From assembly GCA_002254385.1 (NCBI GenBank), contig NJDO01000016.1:1-35930 (forward strand): DNA of 35,930 bases, in the 5' to 3' direction. Shown piece after piece: positions 16,541-26,753 of this stretch; the first letter of the stretch is position 1, and each line of letters begins with the position of its first letter. The stretch is from Thermoplasmatales archaeon ex4484_6 (GTDB lineage: Archaea; Thermoplasmatota; Penumbrarchaeia; Penumbrarchaeales; Penumbrarchaeaceae). The position numbers were made by a program, and so were the translations under genes. The notes under the pieces are model-generated. The model searched no databases, was not told the DNA's origin, and saw only the letters and a program-made list of their open reading frames with translations.

Positions 16541-18631
16541 CTACTGAGGGGGTGCCGGAGGCTGCGGCGGCATCGGAGGCTGCTCCGGTGCCGGCTGTTC
16601 CGGGACCGGCTCCTCGGGTGCGGGCTGCTCGGGCACCGGCTGTTCCGGGGCCGGCTCCTCGGGTGGTACAGGCTGCTCTTCCATGGGCTGCTCCATTCCC
16701 TCCGGGGGCATCTCGCCTCCCTCCATCGGAGCCTCTCCCGCTTCGGCAGGCATCTCCTCACCCATCCCCGGCTCTTCCGGTGCGGGCTCCTCCTTCTTCT
16801 TGCCCTTCAGCACCACCAGAATGATGATCAGAAGGATCACCAGGCCAACGATGATGGCAAGGATTATCAGGATAGTCGCCAGGATGTTGTCGGCCTCATC
16901 TTCCTTCTCCACTATCTTGATGGTATTGGAGTCCTGAGAGACGGTTTCGGTGCCGTCCGTCACCGTGCAGGTGAAGGTATAGGAAAGCCCCTTCTGGAAG
17001 TAATCACCAGGAACTATCAATGTCGCACCATTGCCGGTCCAGGAGGAGTCCTGGTCGTTGGTCCAGGTGTATGTGAGCTCGTCTCCCTCCGCGTCAGTGG
17101 CGGTACAGGTGAGTTCCACATCCGTCCCCTCCTCGACCTCGCCCTTGAGAACGAATTCTGCAATATCGACCGCTCCTGCATTCTCGAGATCAGCGGGATA
17201 GGCGTGCACTGATATGATAGATGGTGCGGTATTCGCAACCTCAACGTTGACCATGAAGTATCCGATGGCAACGGTCTCGGTGCCGTCGGTTATCTCAGCG
17301 GAAACGTTGTAGGTTCCTGCGTCACTCCAGTTGTAAAGGAAGTAATCCGTGTCCAGAGTTACAGCCGTCCCGTCTATCTTCCAGATAATGCTCACGGTAT
17401 CTCCGTCAACATCCGCAAGGTTTGCAAGGGATACGTTGACCTCTTCGCCGGTCTTGATATTGAACTCGGCCTGATATGAATCACCCCATTCTCCGGTAGG
17501 AGCATCATTTACGTTCTCTATCATGAAGTAGAGCCATATTTCCTGATAGAGTTCACCGTCGGAAACGTTCAGTGTTGCCCAGAAGTCACCGTATTCGTTC
17601 TCTTCGAACGTAACGGTGAAGTTGTAGGGTATGGTCATATTTGTCTCGTTCAGGTCCTGTGCGGCCTCGAAGGGCCCTCCGAGGTTATCGATCTCGTAGG
17701 TGAGGTTCATCATGGGTGTCTCGACATCCATTGCGCTCACCATGAACGAGATGGGCACTTCCTCCTCACCGGAAATGTTGACCACATTCCTCCATTCGGA
17801 CATGTTGCCCTCCGTCTCATCGACCCATGTGTAATTCCAGAGTTCGATGTCGAGCTGGGTGTCGTCCATCATGAGGTATTCGATCTCGGGAGGATCGTTC
17901 ACCGGTGTTATGGTAACGGTGAAGTTGTGCTCCATGTATCCGACATAGGAGTCGGTGGCATTGATCACGACGGTCACCTCACCGTTGAAGTTATCCACTG
18001 CCGGTGTGATGTTGTAGACATAATCATCTATCATGACCGCGTCCAGCTCGTCGGGCCATGTGATGGTATATGTGAGACCTGCGGGTGTGAATGCATCCGT
18101 TAGGTTCCATGTGAACGCCTCTGCCGCATCCTCCTCTATCTCGATCGTATCATCGAACCCCGTGTTGAAGGCTACGACGGGGAGAACGGTTATCTGCCCC
18201 TCTGCAACGAGATAGTTGGAAGAGTTTCCGTTATCCGTGATGTTCACCGAGTAGTCGAATGTCCCTGCCACATCGGCTGTCCACGTGTACATCCATACGA
18301 TGCTTCCACCCACGTCGGAGGTGTCCCAGAAAGACATATCCGCCTCGAGCGGAGTGGATAGCCCGATGGTCAGGGTTGCAGTCAGGTTGTCGGAAACGTT
18401 CATGTAATCCGATGCATCAATGAAGGGCTGAGCATCAACAAGGAACACAAAGTCGTCGCCGACATAACCTATTTTATCTTCCAAATTCCCGCTTTCATCA
18501 CCCACGACTATCGTGAAATCCGCGGGAAGATCCACCCCCACGGCGAACAGCCCGACAAAAGCGGCCAGTGCGAATCCCATTGCCAATGATAAGGCAACGG
18601 CTCTCTTTCCGAATAGTTTCTCCATACTCAT
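16541..18631 (-). CDS. acidic single-pass surface (S-layer/adhesin-like) protein with cadherin-like Ig repeats and a Pro/Glu/Gln-rich cytoplasmic tail
   Basis: Signal peptide, domain-boundary motifs PVNDPP, NVNDAP and VANTAP, D.DGD loops, many N-x-S/T sequons and a C-terminal TM. Start lies between 18625 and 18637. Confidence 0.8.
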   Translation of the reverse strand: MSMEKLFGKRAVALSLAMGFALAAFVGLFAVGVDLPADFTIVVGDESGNLEDKIGYVGDDFVFLVDAQPFIDASDYMNVSDNLTATLTIGLSTPLEADMSFWDTSDVGGSIVWMYTWTADVAGTFDYSVNITDNGNSSNYLVAEGQITVLPVVAFNTGFDDTIEIEEDAAEAFTWNLTDAFTPAGLTYTITWPDELDAVMIDDYVYNITPAVDNFNGEVTVVINATDSYVGYMEHNFTVTITPVNDPPEIEYLMMDDTQLDIELWNYTWVDETEGNMSEWRNVVNISGEEEVPISFMVSAMDVETPMMNLTYEIDNLGGPFEAAQDLNETNMTIPYNFTVTFEENEYGDFWATLNVSDGELYQEIWLYFMIENVNDAPTGEWGDSYQAEFNIKTGEEVNVSLANLADVDGDTVSIIWKIDGTAVTLDTDYFLYNWSDAGTYNVSAEITDGTETVAIGYFMVNVEVANTAPSIISVHAYPADLENAGAVDIAEFVLKGEVEEGTDVELTCTATDAEGDELTYTWTNDQDSSWTGNGATLIVPGDYFQKGLSYTFTCTVTDGTETVSQDSNTIKIVEKEDEADNILATILIILAIIVGLVILLIIILVVLKGKKKEEPAPEEPGMGEEMPAEAGEAPMEGGEMPPEGMEQPMEEQPVPPEEPAPEQPVPEQPAPEEPVPEQPAPEQPPMPPQPPAPPQ
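16574..16663 (-). repeat. six imperfect 15-bp coding tandem repeats (PE[E/Q]P[A/V/P])
   Basis: Encodes PEEPA PEQPV PEQPA PEEPV PEQPA PEQPP. Confidence 0.85.
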
Positions 18632-19104
18632 CACCACCTAGTTTTCACATAGCTTCCTATGATTTATTGTCCCAGGTGAGGCTATGTCCCCTTGAAGCTC
18701 ACCTTATCAGTGAAAAATGGCTATGGATTATTTAACAGTTTCCCGTTTTTATTCACTCATTGTCGAATTGTTTGTGTTTTTTCATATGACTATGCTATAT
18801 TCTCAACTATTTGAATAATGCTTTTTTTTTCTTTTTTTTTCTCTAGCCAGTTGAAAAAGGTCCTCCAGGTCCCCGGAACAGAAAACATTGTCCACTTTGA
18901 AATGGTAATCCGATCCCTTTCCCCTGCGCGAGGGGAGAATGTACCGAACTCAATGCAGGGGCCCTTTCGATCGGGAATGAAATGAAAGTTCGGAAATGCT
19001 AATAAGGTGGGATGGAAGGGTCACCCATAAATATCAGTATTGATTTCAGCGCCAAGGAAGGAGCCGGTTTCGGCCCTTCGTAGACGTTCGGGAGTTCTGA
19101 TCCC

Positions 19105-20454
19105 ATGGACGATGAGACCATCTGGAAGCGGACCAAGTTCGCCGCCGAGATAGGCGAGGATGATTACAACACGGAAATAACTCTCTGCGGGTGGGTCCAG
19201 TATACCAGGAACCTGGGGAAGATGGCCTTTGTTCATCTCAGGGACCGGACCGGTATCGCACAGATAACCGCCCTCTCCAAGACAATGGACAGGGAGCTTT
19301 TCGATCTGATAGTTTCCGTTCCAAGAGAATCGGCGGTATGTGTTCGCGGTATAGTGAAGCAGTCCCCGCAGGCGAAGGCGGGGTGGGAAATAATACCTTA
19401 CAAGGTGAAGATCGCCGGAGAGGCCAAGACCCCGCTGCCACTTGGAGTGGTGGACAAGGTGGATGCGGACATGGACACCAGGTTCGACAACCGCTTTCTG
19501 GATCTCAGAAAACCACAGATACAATCCATTTTCATGATAAGGTCGACCATCCTTGATGCCGTTAGAGAGGTATTCCTCGAGGAGGGCTTCATCGAGATAC
19601 AGACCCCGAAGATAGTGGCTACGGCCACGGAGGGAGGGACTGCCCTCTTCGAGATGAAGTACTTCGACCGCAAGGCCTTTCTGAACCAATCACCCCAGCT
19701 GTTCAAACAGACAATGATGGCCACGGGTCTGGACCGTGTGTTCGAGATCGGTCCCGCTTTCAGAGCCGAAGAGCACGACACCGTGAGGCACCTGAACGAG
19801 TACACCTCCATCGACTGCGAGATGGCATGGGGAACGCTCGACGATTCCCTTGATGTTCTTGAAAAGGTCATCCAGAGAGTATATTCCAATGTATTGAACC
19901 ACAATTTCATGCAGCTCGAATCCATGGGGCAGACTCTCGTATCACCGGAAAGACCCTTTCCGAGGCTCAACTATAACTGCATAATCGACAAGCTCTCCGC
20001 AAGGGGTATAGAGGTTGTAGATGAGAATACGGGTAAGAAGAGGGTCATCGAATGGGGTGACGACATTCCCATGGACGGCTTCAAGGAGATAGCAAAGGAC
20101 AGACCCTCCCTCTATTTCATAATGAAATGGCCCATGAAGCTCAAACCCTTCTACATCCAACCGGATCCGGACGATCCGGAGGTGTCCCAGGGTTTCGATC
20201 TCAATTACGGGGAAAAGGAGCTCGTCTCCGGCGGCCAGAGGGTGCATGACCCGGAGCTTCTCAGGAAACTCATCAGAGAAAGGGGGATGGACCCAGAAGA
20301 TTTCGGATTCTATCTCAAGGCGTTCGATTACGGAATGCCCCCCCACGCGGGATGGGGTCTGGGAGTCGAGAGACTTACCATGATAATCACCGGTTCCTCG
20401 AACGTGAGGGAAACTGTCCTCTTCCCCCGGGACAAGCACAGACTCGTCCCCTGA
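19105..20454 (+). CDS. aspS: aspartate--tRNA ligase (archaeal type)
   Basis: OB-fold (GWV..RNLG..F..LRD), TRFDNRFLDLR, ATEGG, LNQSPQL, FRAE..T.RHLNE, SGGQR, PPHAGWGLG.ER and LFPRD. Confidence 0.96.
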   Translation: MDDETIWKRTKFAAEIGEDDYNTEITLCGWVQYTRNLGKMAFVHLRDRTGIAQITALSKTMDRELFDLIVSVPRESAVCVRGIVKQSPQAKAGWEIIPYKVKIAGEAKTPLPLGVVDKVDADMDTRFDNRFLDLRKPQIQSIFMIRSTILDAVREVFLEEGFIEIQTPKIVATATEGGTALFEMKYFDRKAFLNQSPQLFKQTMMATGLDRVFEIGPAFRAEEHDTVRHLNEYTSIDCEMAWGTLDDSLDVLEKVIQRVYSNVLNHNFMQLESMGQTLVSPERPFPRLNYNCIIDKLSARGIEVVDENTGKKRVIEWGDDIPMDGFKEIAKDRPSLYFIMKWPMKLKPFYIQPDPDDPEVSQGFDLNYGEKELVSGGQRVHDPELLRKLIRERGMDPEDFGFYLKAFDYGMPPHAGWGLGVERLTMIITGSSNVRETVLFPRDKHRLVP

Positions 20455-20655
20455 AACTCCATACAGGTTCATAGGACGGTCTTCCTCAACCGGTTCCTTG
20501 GCACGGCGCACAAGCTTCAAACCCGCCTGGCTGCGATCGCCGGAAAAATGTCACCGCATGCCCGTGATGGCCCGGTAAAATGTATATGTCAAGTTCCACG
20601 GGGGGTAATCCAATATATACCTGTATGAACTTTACACCATTCCCAGGGTGATAGG

Positions 20656-23403
20656 ATGTTCTCGTCTTTCCGTCATTATGTTCTGGTCCTCTTTCTGATA
20701 TCCGCTGCCGTTGGCATCTCTGCACTTCTTCCCACGGGAAATGATGCCTATTCCAATGAATATCTGTTCGAAGAAGCGACCGACATATATTATGACACCA
20801 ACCCCAGGTTCGGAGACCTGGATTCCGTGAATACAAGAGATGTGTACAGGATCGTAGGATTGATCGGTGATGACCAGAACGGGGGGGCGCACGCACAGCG
20901 TCTTGTCCTCTCTCTTACGAAAACGGACGGAGCGAACGTGGAAGGCTTCCTCTATGAACCGAACGGCCGGCCCCTTGCAAGATTGTACTCGGACGGGGAA
21001 ATATCTGACATCGAGTTCTTCGTCCCATACGATGGTGATTATTTTCTGGAGGTGGTCTCCGATCCGCCGGGAAGCTCCTCCAGCTACAGCTACCAGATGG
21101 GAGGCCAGCAGGACGAGAACAACAACCTCTTCGACGGCAACAACAAGCCCGGAGCGACAGGTTTCTCCGGCAGCAAGGAGGTGGGGGGAACCCTCCACCC
21201 CACACACGACATCGTGGATTACCACCAGTTCGATCTTCAACCGAATCTTGCGGTGGAGGTCTCCCTCATCACAAACTCGCCATTCAAACTGGATATACTC
21301 AACTCAACCGAGGACCTGCTGTCCACGGTGGAGCCCGGAGGCTCGTTCGAGAGGAGAAATGACGGCCCCCTGGACATCAGGTTGATATTCAGGATATACC
21401 TGGAGCTGGATGGCAATACCCAGTATGTTCCCGTTGCCTCCTCCTACTCGCTCAGGGCCATTGTATGGTCCTTCACGACGATCCCCCAGATAAACGGCTC
21501 CGACCCGTGGCCCGAGAGATTCAGCAAGGCCGAGGACCATTCGCTCGAACCCCCGCTCAATCTATCCACCCATTTCATAGAATCAGGGGGGGACCCTCTC
21601 GGATTCGAGATAACCTCATCCAACACATACCTGGATGTGAGAATGGTGAACCATACGGTGGGAAAGGGGCAGGACGCATGGAACTATACACTGGTCGAGA
21701 TAACACCCATGCGGAACTGGTATGGTGAGGAAGTTGTCTCATTCAGGGCATACGACAGGGATGGCTCGGTGACCGACAGCTTCATCATGGAGATCAGGGA
21801 GGTCGACGATCTCCCATTCATCACCAGGATAGGCGGTGCAGTGCTCGAGGGTCATCTGTTCAACATGTATGGTGTCGAGGATACAACGATGGTCTATACG
21901 ATGGAATACGGGGATGACGATGACCCTCTCGAGGCATTATCCTTCACGACCAATGCGACACATGCGGAGATGCCGTTCCTGGAGGTGTTCCCCAACAACG
22001 GGACCGTCTTGATATCCCCCCTGCAGGAGCATGTCGGCAGTTATCTGTTCAACATAACCCTGGAGGATGGGAGAGGGGGCTACTTCATAGTGGATGTCGC
22101 TCTCAGTATCGAGCCCAGGAACGATCCCCCCACGTTGGGAGGTATCGAGATCATTTCGGGAAACATGACGCTTCTCCCGTCGGAGACCATCACCCTCCGG
22201 GCTTCATCATATGGTGACCCGGATACCGAGGATCTCATTTTCACATGGGACTGGGGTGACGGTTCCACATCGACCGGGGAGACGTCATCCCATGTCTACT
22301 CCACCTCACATTCCGGGAATGTCACCATCACATTGACAGTGAGCGACGGGGAGTACACCGTATCCCGCAACCTCACCATATATGTGGAGGCTCCGGAGGA
22401 TATAGCCAAAGGAAACCTTGAGAGGGAGATATCGGACCCCGAGGGAGACGCTGTCAAGACCGAGGAGGAATGGAAGACCTCGGAACCGGAAACGCGCGTA
22501 TTCAGGGTATCAACCCTGAGCGAGAGCGGTGTGGACATACTGTCCCTGAGGACCCAGAGAAGGGGGAATACCCTTCAGATCCTTCTTGACGTCAAGGACT
22601 CGGTCATCGTGGACGGCTCGGTACATTATCACGTATTCGTGGTCAGGAAGGCATTCTCCGAGGAGTACGTGGATTTTTCCAATCTCTCGTCATGGGACCA
22701 GATTCCCTCCAGACTGCCCGAAGGACCCATGATCATCTCGAGCAGAAGCTACCTGGGGGATTCGTCACTCAACGAGAACTCCACAGGGAAGATAATGGAT
22801 AAAGGCACTCTTGTCTGGACGATACCTTTCCAGGAGCTCACGAAGAACGGTCTGGAATATCCCATCGATCCCGACCTCTTCGATGTATTTGCCGTGGCGG
22901 TCCATGAGGTCCCCTTTATCGACCTGGGGGGTCTGGCGGAGAGATACATCGTGACCGATACCTGCGGCGAGGGAGCACTTACGGTGGGAGAGATATCCCC
23001 TCTCAAGAACGGGACCGGTTCATCCTCCTCTCCATTCGGAGACTTCGCACGTCCGTCGAATCTGATGGTCGTAGCGGGGATCCTGGTGATACTGGTCATA
23101 TTCGGTGTTGTGGGATTTGTTCTGGTCCGGAAACAGAGGAAGGAAAAGGAGAGAGAGGAGAGGGAGTTCCTGGAACATATCGAACGGCTTAAAAAGGACG
23201 GAAAGGACCCGTTCGGAAAGAAGCTTGAAGAAGAGATCGGCCCGGGGAAGGTCTCCTACGAGGAGCTCTACGGCGCCCCCAAGCCCGAGGGACATGTGGA
23301 AAAAGCGTCCCCGGTGGACATGAGCTCCCTGCCCGGACCCGGCCTGGGGGGAAACATTCCGGTGGAATCCAACGTGAGCGAGATGAAGATAGGAGACGAA
23401 TGA
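20656..23403 (+). CDS. large single-pass surface protein with cadherin-like and PKD domains
   Basis: Signal peptide, EVDDLP and PRNDPP motifs, PKD motif TWDWGDGS..HVY, a C-terminal TM and a charged tail. GGGTGA RBS. Confidence 0.8.
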   Translation: MFSSFRHYVLVLFLISAAVGISALLPTGNDAYSNEYLFEEATDIYYDTNPRFGDLDSVNTRDVYRIVGLIGDDQNGGAHAQRLVLSLTKTDGANVEGFLYEPNGRPLARLYSDGEISDIEFFVPYDGDYFLEVVSDPPGSSSSYSYQMGGQQDENNNLFDGNNKPGATGFSGSKEVGGTLHPTHDIVDYHQFDLQPNLAVEVSLITNSPFKLDILNSTEDLLSTVEPGGSFERRNDGPLDIRLIFRIYLELDGNTQYVPVASSYSLRAIVWSFTTIPQINGSDPWPERFSKAEDHSLEPPLNLSTHFIESGGDPLGFEITSSNTYLDVRMVNHTVGKGQDAWNYTLVEITPMRNWYGEEVVSFRAYDRDGSVTDSFIMEIREVDDLPFITRIGGAVLEGHLFNMYGVEDTTMVYTMEYGDDDDPLEALSFTTNATHAEMPFLEVFPNNGTVLISPLQEHVGSYLFNITLEDGRGGYFIVDVALSIEPRNDPPTLGGIEIISGNMTLLPSETITLRASSYGDPDTEDLIFTWDWGDGSTSTGETSSHVYSTSHSGNVTITLTVSDGEYTVSRNLTIYVEAPEDIAKGNLEREISDPEGDAVKTEEEWKTSEPETRVFRVSTLSESGVDILSLRTQRRGNTLQILLDVKDSVIVDGSVHYHVFVVRKAFSEEYVDFSNLSSWDQIPSRLPEGPMIISSRSYLGDSSLNENSTGKIMDKGTLVWTIPFQELTKNGLEYPIDPDLFDVFAVAVHEVPFIDLGGLAERYIVTDTCGEGALTVGEISPLKNGTGSSSSPFGDFARPSNLMVVAGILVILVIFGVVGFVLVRKQRKEKEREEREFLEHIERLKKDGKDPFGKKLEEEIGPGKVSYEELYGAPKPEGHVEKASPVDMSSLPGPGLGGNIPVESNVSEMKIGDE

Positions 23404-23709
23404 ACTCGAGCTCCTTCCTTCGGATCCTCGAAAGAAGGGATTGATCGATCAACCCCCTACGAGAGAGATTCCCTTCAGAAAATATCGGAGCCACCCTCGA
23501 TTCCGGTTGTTTCACATATTCGGGATTCTTTATCATATAGGAATTTCAATATCCCTTACGCAAAGTGATCTTATGGGATATTGTGGTAAGTCCCTTCCGC
23601 TGATTGGAAAGAGAATCGGGACTTCCCCATCTATCTCGACAAGAGGATCGCGGAACTGAAGGAGAGACTCACTAAACTGCAGAGCGGGGGTCATGACGTT
23701 GGCAAGGCG

Positions 23710-26661
23710 ATGGAAAGCCTTGCGAAGATGGAAAAGGTCGCCTCCGCGGCTTCCGGCGAGGACCTCGAAAGGGCCCTGTCCAAGTTCGAAAGCTACATGG
23801 ACCGTCTCGAAAAGAAGCTCTCCTCAAGAAAGAGAAAGGTAAAAAGCCCATCCGGAGAGCCGGAATCCAAAGAAAACGGGAAGAAAGCGGACACGGCTTC
23901 CGGGAAAGAGACACCTCCGGATTCCGAAAAGGATGATATCGGACAGGAACAGGCCGAGGTGCAGAAAGAGGAAAAAACTCCGAAAGAAGAAGATGTCTCC
24001 GGTGGAGGAAAGGAGACGGATATCCCTGCCCCGGAAGGAGAGAAGGAAGAAGCTCCCGAAGAGCAGAAAGCCGGGGAAGAGAAGGAAGCTCCTGCAAAAG
24101 AGATGGAGGAGATCTCGGTCAAACCCGAAGAAGAAGCTCCAAAAGAGCAGAAGGCCGAGGAAAAGAAGGAAGCTCCCGCCCCGGATCCCAAACACAGGGA
24201 GATGACGGAACGGGTGAAGGAACTCGAAGAGATCACAAAGGCACTCGGCGGCGACTCATCACCCATACTTGCCCACATCAAGGCCATGGACGAAGCACTG
24301 GAATCCGGAAACGTTCAGCTCTTCCAGCAGTATCACGATATCGCAAGGGATTGGTTCGAGAAATACCTGAACTCCCTACTGCCGCCGGTGATCAACGATC
24401 ACATTGCGGACATAAGGGCCCTGGAATCCCAGTACCTGGACATGGGCAAACAGGACAGGCTTGAAGGAAAGATCCCGGACATCACAAGGATCATGAACAG
24501 CACATCCGCAGGAGATATCGATGCAATGATCGTATCCTGGAGAACCCTCGGGGACTCACTGGAGGAGATCAAGAAGGACCTTGAATCCCTTTCACCCGAC
24601 CTGGAAGAGGAGATGTCCGGCAGCATGTCCCGGTTCGACGGGATGCTGGCAAAGGTACCCGATGAGAACGTGAAGAAATCGTTCAGGGAAAGGATGGAGA
24701 AGCTGAAGGCGGAATCCGACATACTCTCGAGATATGCATCTTTCCGGTCGATCATGAGAGACCTGTCCGAGGAGGCGAATGCTGCGGAGAAGAAGAAGTT
24801 CGAGAAGATACTGCTGTCGGTAGAACCCCTCATTCAGAGAACTGCGGAACTCAAGGGTGATGATTGTGAAGAGTACTCTTCACTCATCAGGGAAAAGGAC
24901 CGTCTCCTCTCCCTGTTTGCAACAGATATAGAGGGAGCCATGAAAGGTATGGAGGGTCTCCTGGACAGGGCGGCCCTCGAGGTTGCACAGATCGAGGAGA
25001 ACAAGGTTCAGGACCTCATGAAAGCCGTCAAAGAACTTGAAAACAAGCTCTCGGACCTCTCCGGCATGATGGACGTCGAACCTGCCGCAAGGGTCCACAA
25101 ACTTTGTCAGGACAAACTGGAGAATGGCGACATCGCAGGTGCGGAGGAACTTCTTGAAAAGGCCCGCTCCATATTAGAGAAGCTGAAGGAGAGGTCCATC
25201 AGGGATCAGGCAAGAAAGAGCCTGGACGAGATAATTTCCAGCCGAAAACAGCTGGAAGAGAAGGGGATTGACACATCTCCCCTGGAGGAACCTCTATCAA
25301 TGGCGGAAAAAGCCCTTGATTCCGGAGATATGCTCCTGTTCGAGGAGAATATGGAGGCCCTCAGGGAGAGGATAGGGTTCATGAGAAAGGAGGAGCTCAA
25401 GGTCGAATATCAGCAGCTTCTCATATCAATAATGAATGCTGTAAAGGAAATGAGGGACAGGAACGAGGATGTTGCCCAGTTCGAGAAGGGACTGGATGAG
25501 ATAAGGGAGCTCAGTCTATCGGGCAATCTGGGAGAATGCATAGAGAAGCAAAGGACCCTCCTGAAGGAATTGATGAACAGGAAGCTATCGGAGAAGGTGG
25601 AGGAGAGGATCGCCCATCTGGGCAATACCGTTTCCGAGGCTGAAGGATTGATGATCGAGACAGATGAACCCCGGAAGATGATGGAGCAGGCCCGGGAGCT
25701 GAATTCCTCGGGGGACGTGGAAAAGGCTCTGGATATCATCACCGAGGCACAGGTCATGCTGGAGGAGAGAATGACAAGAAGGACATTCTCCCTGATCGAA
25801 AAGCAGATCAGGGATCTGGCGGCGGAAGGGAAGGAATACTCGCTGGAAGCAGAGGATATCGACGGGAAGATTGGATATGCATACAACCTTGCGGATGAAG
25901 AGAGGTTCAAGGAAGCGATGGAGCACCTCTACGGCATCAAGAATGATCTCACTGCTGCCCTCAACGAGAAGAAGGCGGCCCGCCTCATGGAGGAGATCTC
26001 GAATAGGATAAAGACGGCAAGGTCCCTCGGAATGAGGATAGCGTCCTTCAAGGCCGCCCAGACCAAGGCCAAGGTACTTCTCGATGCGGGGGACATGGAT
26101 TCGGTCATAGACCTCCTGGAGAGACAGATACGCGAAATTGATAAGCAGATAGAGGAGCGGAAGGGACTTCAGTCAAGGCTGGACGAATTGAGGGGACATA
26201 TGATAGGTATCGAGACCAAGATTCAGAAACTGGTGGACAATGGCATGAGTGTCGCATCCATACGGGAGAGGATGGAGCGCATTTCCGAACTCATCGAATC
26301 TTCCGATGCCGATGGGGCCGAAATGGAGATGTCATCCGTCGAGGCGGAGATCGATTCCCTGCTCTCAGGAGGGGATGAGACCAGATCCCGACAGCCGGAA
26401 TCCGGAAAGACCGGCTTCAAGGAATCCCCGACCACGGCGGGTTCGGGAGACCGGGTGGATGCGGAAACCGCGAAGAACCAGCTCCAGTCGCTTGTGGCAG
26501 GCATTCTGGAAGAGGTCAAGAGACGCAATATCAAGGGGATGGACACTTCATCCCTCAAGAAGGACATAGAGCGTATCCAGAATCTGGTCATCATGAAGGA
26601 TTACACGAGTGCTTACGAGGCTGCAAGGAATTGTCTCGACAGCATCATCAGCATGGAGTGA
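23710..26661 (+). CDS. large helical-repeat/coiled-coil protein
   Basis: 983-aa E/K/L-rich ORF with recurring G.D.S helical-hairpin units and a low-complexity linker. The open frame extends upstream to 23590. Confidence 0.8.
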   Translation: MESLAKMEKVASAASGEDLERALSKFESYMDRLEKKLSSRKRKVKSPSGEPESKENGKKADTASGKETPPDSEKDDIGQEQAEVQKEEKTPKEEDVSGGGKETDIPAPEGEKEEAPEEQKAGEEKEAPAKEMEEISVKPEEEAPKEQKAEEKKEAPAPDPKHREMTERVKELEEITKALGGDSSPILAHIKAMDEALESGNVQLFQQYHDIARDWFEKYLNSLLPPVINDHIADIRALESQYLDMGKQDRLEGKIPDITRIMNSTSAGDIDAMIVSWRTLGDSLEEIKKDLESLSPDLEEEMSGSMSRFDGMLAKVPDENVKKSFRERMEKLKAESDILSRYASFRSIMRDLSEEANAAEKKKFEKILLSVEPLIQRTAELKGDDCEEYSSLIREKDRLLSLFATDIEGAMKGMEGLLDRAALEVAQIEENKVQDLMKAVKELENKLSDLSGMMDVEPAARVHKLCQDKLENGDIAGAEELLEKARSILEKLKERSIRDQARKSLDEIISSRKQLEEKGIDTSPLEEPLSMAEKALDSGDMLLFEENMEALRERIGFMRKEELKVEYQQLLISIMNAVKEMRDRNEDVAQFEKGLDEIRELSLSGNLGECIEKQRTLLKELMNRKLSEKVEERIAHLGNTVSEAEGLMIETDEPRKMMEQARELNSSGDVEKALDIITEAQVMLEERMTRRTFSLIEKQIRDLAAEGKEYSLEAEDIDGKIGYAYNLADEERFKEAMEHLYGIKNDLTAALNEKKAARLMEEISNRIKTARSLGMRIASFKAAQTKAKVLLDAGDMDSVIDLLERQIREIDKQIEERKGLQSRLDELRGHMIGIETKIQKLVDNGMSVASIRERMERISELIESSDADGAEMEMSSVEAEIDSLLSGGDETRSRQPESGKTGFKESPTTAGSGDRVDAETAKNQLQSLVAGILEEVKRRNIKGMDTSSLKKDIERIQNLVIMKDYTSAYEAARNCLDSIISME
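24046..24176 (+). repeat. two imperfect ~47-bp direct repeats in the coding linker
   Basis: GAAGAAGCTCC..GAGCAGAA..AAGGAAGCTCC at 24046 and 24130, encoding EEAPxEQKAxExKEAP. Confidence 0.7.
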
Positions 26662-26753
26662 TAGTGATGCCGGAGCAACTGCCGCACTCCGGAGCTGCTC
26701 ATGGAAAGGATTAAACAGCAATCGATCATTTCCATCTCGAAGTGGTTGTTCAG

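Noticed and set aside
16574-16663. Tandem repeats as a possible CRISPR array
   Set aside because: Degenerate in-frame 15-bp coding repeats with no spacers and no cas genes.
23710-26661. SMC/Rad50 annotation
   Set aside because: No Walker A/B, signature motif, hinge or zinc hook visible.
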